Part shown: positions 56,586 through 64,000 of the stretch, one piece after another | Layout of the letters: each line of letters begins with the position of its first letter | Numbering within the stretch: position 1 is the first letter of the stretch | Assembly: GCA_964016885.1 (NCBI GenBank) | Contig: OZ024752.1 | Span: 29,140,001-29,204,000 of the forward strand | Length of the DNA stretch: 64,000 nucleotides | Reading direction: 5' to 3' | DNA from: Eledone cirrhosa | Lineage: Eukaryota | The notes under the pieces: generated by a model | What the model was told of the DNA's origin: nothing | Seen by the model: the letters and a program-made list of their open reading frames with translations, nothing else | Databases searched by the model: none | Made by a program: the position numbers and the translations under genes

Positions 56586-59500
56586 AGTGGGGGACTGGAA
56601 TGGTATCCTAGATGCACGCTGGGACTACGTAGGGGCCTGTCCCGATAGAGAGGGGTGTAATAGCCTCAAAGGGTTAATCGGTCGATTTGACCTGGCCGAT
56701 AGATATCGACTAGATTTTCCGACTGCGCCAACCTGGACTTGGGCAAATCGTAGCGGAACATCTAGGTCGTACCTAGATAGGTTCTTAGAATTAAGGATAA
56801 GGACTTTTTAAGTTGTCCAAAAATGCGCATGGTTGGCTATTCAGACCACAAATTAGTGACCTGCATGGTCAACCTTGACAGAACTCATAGACAGGGACCC
56901 GGTTACTGGAAGCTCAACTTGTCCTTACCGGCAAGTAAGGCTTACAGGAACCGGATTAGCACTTTAGTTAAGGAGCGGTTGACGGGCGCCATCGTCAACA
57001 GCAGGTGGTGGGGATCTCTCAAAAGAGAGATTAGAGTAGTCTCTATAGAATTTAGTAAGGAGCTAGCCTCCAATAGAAATAGGAAGGAAAGGGAGTTGGT
57101 AGGTAGTGTAGAAGAGGCAATTAGAAGCGGCGACGTGGCCAGAGTGCTAGCGTCGAGAACAGCCCTGGGCCAGTTCTTCGACGCGAAACACGAAGGCTGC
57201 ATCGTCCGAAGCAAAATACGTGCTCTGGGAAACGAGGGGACCAAAGCTGTTAGCTGGGCCCGCGTGACAGAAGCCAAAAGAGGGAGCAGATCCACTATCC
57301 GGTCTTTGCGAGACCAGGATGGACGGGTGATCCTTGAACCTAAGCAGATGTGCGAGGCTTTTCAAAAGCACTTTGCCGAATTGTTCGGAAGGGGCGGGGG
57401 GCCGGTTGGGGACGTGGACTTCGGTCCATACCTCGACGGCCTGCCGCGTCTCTCGGACAGGGAGGCGAAGTCCTGCGAGGAGCCGATTTCATCCGCTGAG
57501 ATAGAGGACGTGCTGAGCCAATGCGGCAAACGCAAATCCCCGGGTCTCGATGGTCTTCCATACGAACTATATCTAGCTATGCCGGACTTGTTCCCCGAAC
57601 TCCTCGAGGCGGTCTACTGCAACTGGCGACAGAACGGGAGAATTCCCTGTGCTGTGACCAAGGGCGTAGTCACGCTAGTGAGGAAGGACGAGAACAAGGG
57701 GGACGATATAAATAATTTCAGGCCCATAACTCTGCTAAATACAGTGTTACAGATTTTGGCCAAGGTGCTAGCAAAGAGGTTGGCGCTTGTCGTGGGCAAC
57801 CTGGTGGGAGATGCGCAGACATGTGCTATCCCGTCCAGGTCCATCCACGATAACCTCCACCTCATGCGATACATCATAGAGAGGGTTGGGAACGAACCCG
57901 GCTTTGGTGGGGCCCTGATCAACTTGGATCAATCTAAGGCATTCGATAGGGTCGACCATGGTTACCTGGATGCGGTGCTATCGGCGGCAGGCTTCGGACC
58001 CGTTTTCAGGGGCTGGATCAATGCCATGCACAGCAGCCGCATCTGCTCTAGGGTCAAGGTGAACGGCTACCTCTCGGAGCCGTTCGAAATCGCGCGGTCC
58101 ATCCGACAGGGGTGCCCTCTCTCCTCCCTTCTGTATGTAGTGACTCTAGAGCCACTGCTGCGGAAGTTGGAGTTGTTGCAGGGCATCCCGTTGGAACCGG
58201 GATTGCGGAAAGCGGTGTCAGCCTACGCCGATGACGTAACAGTAATGGTGTCGACGGCCTCGGAAATCGGGGCGATCGGCACCTTACTGGAGGAGTACGA
58301 AAGGTTTACAGGGGCTAAGCTGAACCGGGACAAGTCGATCGGTCTGCAACTCGGCACGTGGAGGGGCAGATCGATGCCCTCCGATGGCGTCGTCGGGCGC
58401 TGGACGGAGGGCCCGGTGAAATTGCTCGGGGTCTGGTTCGGACTAGACCTCCAGGTGGAGAAGAACTGGGGTGAGGTGACGAGCAGGGTGTTTGCACTGA
58501 CCCAGAAGTGGGCCGAGTGCACACTGTCCCTGAAAGGTCGGGCGGAGGTGGCGAACACTTATATAGCGTCCGTCATCTACTACCGCCTGACCGTGGTGCC
58601 TTGCCCAAGGGAAACGCTCGCCAAAATGGAGCGTGCACTCTTCCAATTCCTTTGGAAGAAGCGGGCTCCTATGGTGAGGAGATCCATCTGCTGTCAACAC
58701 CCTTCGAAAGGAGGGCTGGGGATGCCGTGGCTGATGATACGTAAACACGCATTAAGGCTACGGCACCTTCAGGTATTCCTCTCCGGTCAACCGGTGTGGG
58801 CCCCGTTTGTGAGGCGAGCCTTTCCCAGACTCGTCTCACTCACCGAGCTGCAATCCTGGGTCAAGCAAAGACCGAGAAAACTGGGCGCCTGGCACACCGA
58901 GTGTGCCCAGGCGCTCACGGCTCTCTGGCAGGCGGACCCGGCTGTCAGTGGAGAATCCACCTCGTCATTCTATAGACGGCTGGTGGTTAGCAGGTGCGAC
59001 GACGCGCTCGGAGAAGCCCTAGGCATGGAGGAAGACGAACTGGCCAACCTGTTCGGTAGGACATTCAGCCCGGGACCAATGGATAACTTCCAGAGGTCCC
59101 TGGCCTGGCAATGCTACAGAAGGGCTCTGCCCGTTCGAGAAAGGCTCTACAGACACGGGCGCCCGGGTAGGGACCCATCGAAAAAGGTCTGTCCCAGATG
59201 CGTGTGCGACGAGGAAACCGTTGCACACGCATTGGTACACTGCTCGGGCATTGCCGATCTGTGGGGCTATGTCGAACAACTGCTGTCAAGGGTGAGACCG
59301 ATCCGGTTGACCACCGAGTCTATTGTAACGATCAAGCCGCCTCCCCTCTTCAAAAACGAAGGAGAGGCGGTGTTTCTGTGCGTAATAGCCATGGCGAAAG
59401 AGGTTGTATGGTGGACGCGTCTGAAAGGACTGAGGTCAGACACCTTTCTCTCTGGCCAACAACTGGTCCGTTTCTTCCGATATCATTTCGGAAGAAGGAT

Positions 59501-59757
59501 CAGGATGGAGAGAGAGGTGCTGCACCCCAGCCGTTTCTATGAAAGATGGGTGAAAGTGGCGAGAATGGCCCGTGTGAATGGGCCTTCACTCTACATCAGA
59601 CTATAGGTGAGGAAGATGAGCACCAAGGGAGCACCAAAGACCAAGGGAGCACCCCTTCTCTGTGCTCCTGAGGAGAAGGGTTGCACACTTTTTTCGGGGG
59701 TCTCCCCCCATTGTACTTGTCCCACTTTTGATGCCCTGGTGGCAAATAAAAGAAACA
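56586..59757 (+). mobile_element. 5'-truncated Tx1/L1-clade LINE
   Basis: APE remnant (GDWN, TW, SYLD, SDH), GPGYWKLN, KSPGLDG, FRPITLLN, QGCPLS, YADD, GGLG, CPRC..ETVAHALVHC; AATAAA near 59745; candidate TSD TATCTATCTCT. Confidence 0.92.
56823..59606 (+). CDS. Tx1-like ORF2 (RT plus zf-RVT); N-terminal APE truncated or frameshifted (56587-56811)
   Basis: 927-aa open frame with L1/Tx1 motifs. Confidence 0.85.
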   Translation: MRMVGYSDHKLVTCMVNLDRTHRQGPGYWKLNLSLPASKAYRNRISTLVKERLTGAIVNSRWWGSLKREIRVVSIEFSKELASNRNRKERELVGSVEEAIRSGDVARVLASRTALGQFFDAKHEGCIVRSKIRALGNEGTKAVSWARVTEAKRGSRSTIRSLRDQDGRVILEPKQMCEAFQKHFAELFGRGGGPVGDVDFGPYLDGLPRLSDREAKSCEEPISSAEIEDVLSQCGKRKSPGLDGLPYELYLAMPDLFPELLEAVYCNWRQNGRIPCAVTKGVVTLVRKDENKGDDINNFRPITLLNTVLQILAKVLAKRLALVVGNLVGDAQTCAIPSRSIHDNLHLMRYIIERVGNEPGFGGALINLDQSKAFDRVDHGYLDAVLSAAGFGPVFRGWINAMHSSRICSRVKVNGYLSEPFEIARSIRQGCPLSSLLYVVTLEPLLRKLELLQGIPLEPGLRKAVSAYADDVTVMVSTASEIGAIGTLLEEYERFTGAKLNRDKSIGLQLGTWRGRSMPSDGVVGRWTEGPVKLLGVWFGLDLQVEKNWGEVTSRVFALTQKWAECTLSLKGRAEVANTYIASVIYYRLTVVPCPRETLAKMERALFQFLWKKRAPMVRRSICCQHPSKGGLGMPWLMIRKHALRLRHLQVFLSGQPVWAPFVRRAFPRLVSLTELQSWVKQRPRKLGAWHTECAQALTALWQADPAVSGESTSSFYRRLVVSRCDDALGEALGMEEDELANLFGRTFSPGPMDNFQRSLAWQCYRRALPVRERLYRHGRPGRDPSKKVCPRCVCDEETVAHALVHCSGIADLWGYVEQLLSRVRPIRLTTESIVTIKPPPLFKNEGEAVFLCVIAMAKEVVWWTRLKGLRSDTFLSGQQLVRFFRYHFGRRIRMEREVLHPSRFYERWVKVARMARVNGPSLYIRL

Positions 59758-59775
59758 TATCTATCTCTCTCTATG

Positions 59776-59819
<44 letters not shown>

Positions 59820-59869
59820 TACACACAAGCTTACTATTATTATCCGTGTTCATCTTGTTATCTTGAACT

Positions 59870-61412
<1,543 letters not shown>

Positions 61413-62829
61413 TCTGTTAGAACACGAAAAGTGTGAAACAACAGAATGTTCACTTTTCGTGTTCTAACATATATGCGTAGCTTCTTAAAAAATTTTTCGG
61501 GGATAGCCGTGGTGGTGGTGATCGTATGTCATTGGCTAATTTTCAACCAATCAGAGTACCTCTCTCTATATCTCTTCCACTGTTACTTACGCCTGTTTCT
61601 CTCTATCTGTTCCGTCTCTATATATATCTCTTACTCTTTCGCTTTGCACTCCTCCCCTTCAATACCATCTCTCCCCCTCTCTATATATTTGTTACTCTAT
61701 CGCTGCACGCTCCTCTCCTTCAATATATCAATTACACACGCTTTACACTCCTTTATCCCCAGCGCCCCTATATATACACCCCCCCCCTCTCCCGCATCTA
61801 TATTTTAATGTACCGTTGCACCGTGAATATATGTGTCTATATATATATACATATATATTGTATATACACATTCATGTATGTGTATACACACTCATGTATG
61901 TATATACACTGGTTTTATGTGTGTATTGTAAATTTGTACTGTTAAAACACGAAACTAACATTCGATTGACACTTTGATTACCTGTACAGGCAATAGTTAT
62001 TAGAATGCTGTTGAAGTGTGTATATATTTTTGGGGGACATCCTGTATATACACACATTATATATAATACAATAAACAGATAAATACACACATATATATAT
62101 GAGCTTATTTAATTATAAATATTGTGAATTTTTAACTCAGTTCAATTATATATATAAATGGTTTCTACAGGACTAGAACTGTTTCATTCGAAAGAAATCA
62201 TCATAATATTGAGAGGGGGGGACTAGATAAAATATTTCAAATCAAATGTGTATAAGTTATAAGTTAAAATGTATAAATAGAGACGATAGTGGAGGTATAT
62301 CTGTTTAGTGGAACAGTAGACGATAGAATTAAATACAGACGATAATCTCCCTTTAATGAAACAGCAGACGATAGAATTAAGGCAATTTAAATTTTAAGCA
62401 TTTGCATTTTTGCCTTTCATCGTTACGGGGTCGATAAAATAAAGTACCAGTAATACACTGTCACTAGACGACTTTCAAATTGAATTGTTGGTTCCATTTC
62501 TTTAGTATTTTCAATTGTAGTTATCTACTTAAAAAGCGTTACACGGTTAGAGACATAATTCGTAAGTTATATCTTCCCTATTAAACCATTGCATTATTTC
62601 GCCTACAATAGAACAAAAATGAAATGTTCTTTAAAGAAACAGGAATATAACTTTATAAAAAAAAAAGTTGCATCCGCTTCTTTTATCATTGATAATTTTT
62701 TCGTTTTAATATTAATTGTTTTTTGTAGTTGTTTATATTAAAAATCTTACTGTAATATTTACTTAAACGAAGGCAAACATCTAAACTTATAGATTAATCT
62801 TGAGCGAAGGACTAGATAAATCTCTCTCC

Positions 62830-62866
<37 letters not shown>

Positions 62867-63259
62867 AACGAAGAATGATAAAATTTCAAGCAAAGAGTTT
62901 AATTAGGTATATTTTGTAATATTATTAACTAATTATTATAATTAACGCGCATATTTTGCTATCCTCAAACACGTTTACACATGGCATGAAATATAACTAA
63001 TCCGAGATGGCTAGGTTTCATCTTCTAACTGGATATACGAAATCCATTATGTCTTGACAACAACATGAGGTAACATTATGTTATTCACAGACACACTTTG
63101 TACACTGTTCCATATCAGAATGTATTTCCTTCGTCACATTCACAAACAGTATTGAAAATATGTTCTTCGGCAAATAAAAATGTTTTGTTCATAATATTTC
63201 AACTAGCGATTGCTCTACTCCACGCACGACCACCATAAATTAATGACCAGCTCAACACA

Positions 63260-63432
63260 AGTATTGGTAGAGCGTCAGACACCATGCTTTGCAGTATTGT
63301 TATGGTCCTTTGCATTCTAAGTTCAAATCCTGCCGAGGTTAACTTCGACTTTCATACTTACTAATTCGATAAAATAAAGTACCAGTAATGGACTGCCGTA
63401 ATGGATTTGTGCCGAAAAATAGAAACACTATT
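63260..63432 (+). mobile_element. SINE family 1, diverged
   Basis: AGTTCAAATCC B-box, core and AGAAACACTA end. Confidence 0.7.
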
Positions 63433-64000
63433 AATGTGCAATAAGAGCAAAATATAACGACATTGCTCAATTATTTTATCTAATGTTGTAATAACACAAG
63501 GAAATGTTGTTTGTGTATTTTTTTTTATATTTGCTCATAGGCTTTTACAATTTCGCTCAGCCAACAACTATTAAAAAGTGAGTTGCTTAAGATAACAATT
63601 TAATCACAAATTGTTGCTATCTTTTAATACACTCCAACAAGTCATCAAATTATGTACAATAAAAACAAATCTTATTAATTTGCTCAGGGAATATAAAGAA
63701 AATGTATATACACTGATAATTGCAATTGTATGTAAATATTTTGTTTTTGTATTGTATATTTTATGTTTTCTATTATGTATAATATATTGATTTAATATTG
63801 ATTGTTTTTTGTAGTTGTTTATATTAAAAGTCTGAAAATATTTTTATACATCTTACACTAATATTTATAAGATAATTTATAATAACAATTACATAATCTA
63901 ATTACATTACAACGATAATTTATTATTAATATATATCCTGTTTAACTAGAGTTATTACAAGCGTTGCCTTAAAAAAATATTAAACTAGACATGAAAAATG

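Noticed and set aside
57147-59542. Antisense and alternative-frame ORFs over the LINEs
   Set aside because: These are shadow ORFs of GC-rich coding sequence.

Overview
AT-rich animal genomic DNA; the SINE and RTE repertoire suggests an octopod cephalopod (inference). I found no complete host gene. Large parts are compound (TA)n microsatellite, which explains the many YIYI-type ORFs as artefacts. Elements embedded in or between these tracts are two RTE-clade LINE families with (GAT)n tails (one apparently intact 1081-aa ORF), a 5'-truncated Tx1/L1-clade LINE, CR1-like and other RTE-clade fragments, two tRNA-derived SINE families, a Tigger-like MITE and Penelope-like element (PLE) remnants. The main hidden signal is about 20 complete type-I hammerhead ribozyme motifs of about 10 sequence types. 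Most lie in seven fold-back (inverted-repeat) elements with the same polarity and usually adjoin (TA)n. One is a 591-bp tandem-plus-inverted, retrozyme-like array with a compensatory U3-A8 catalytic core. Also notable are a 1.84-kb fold-back element with an 8-bp TSD that carries an RMND5-like first coding exon in both arms, and a C4HC3 (PHD-like) finger inserted within the RTE reverse transcriptase. All structures were read by eye; none was computed or searched.
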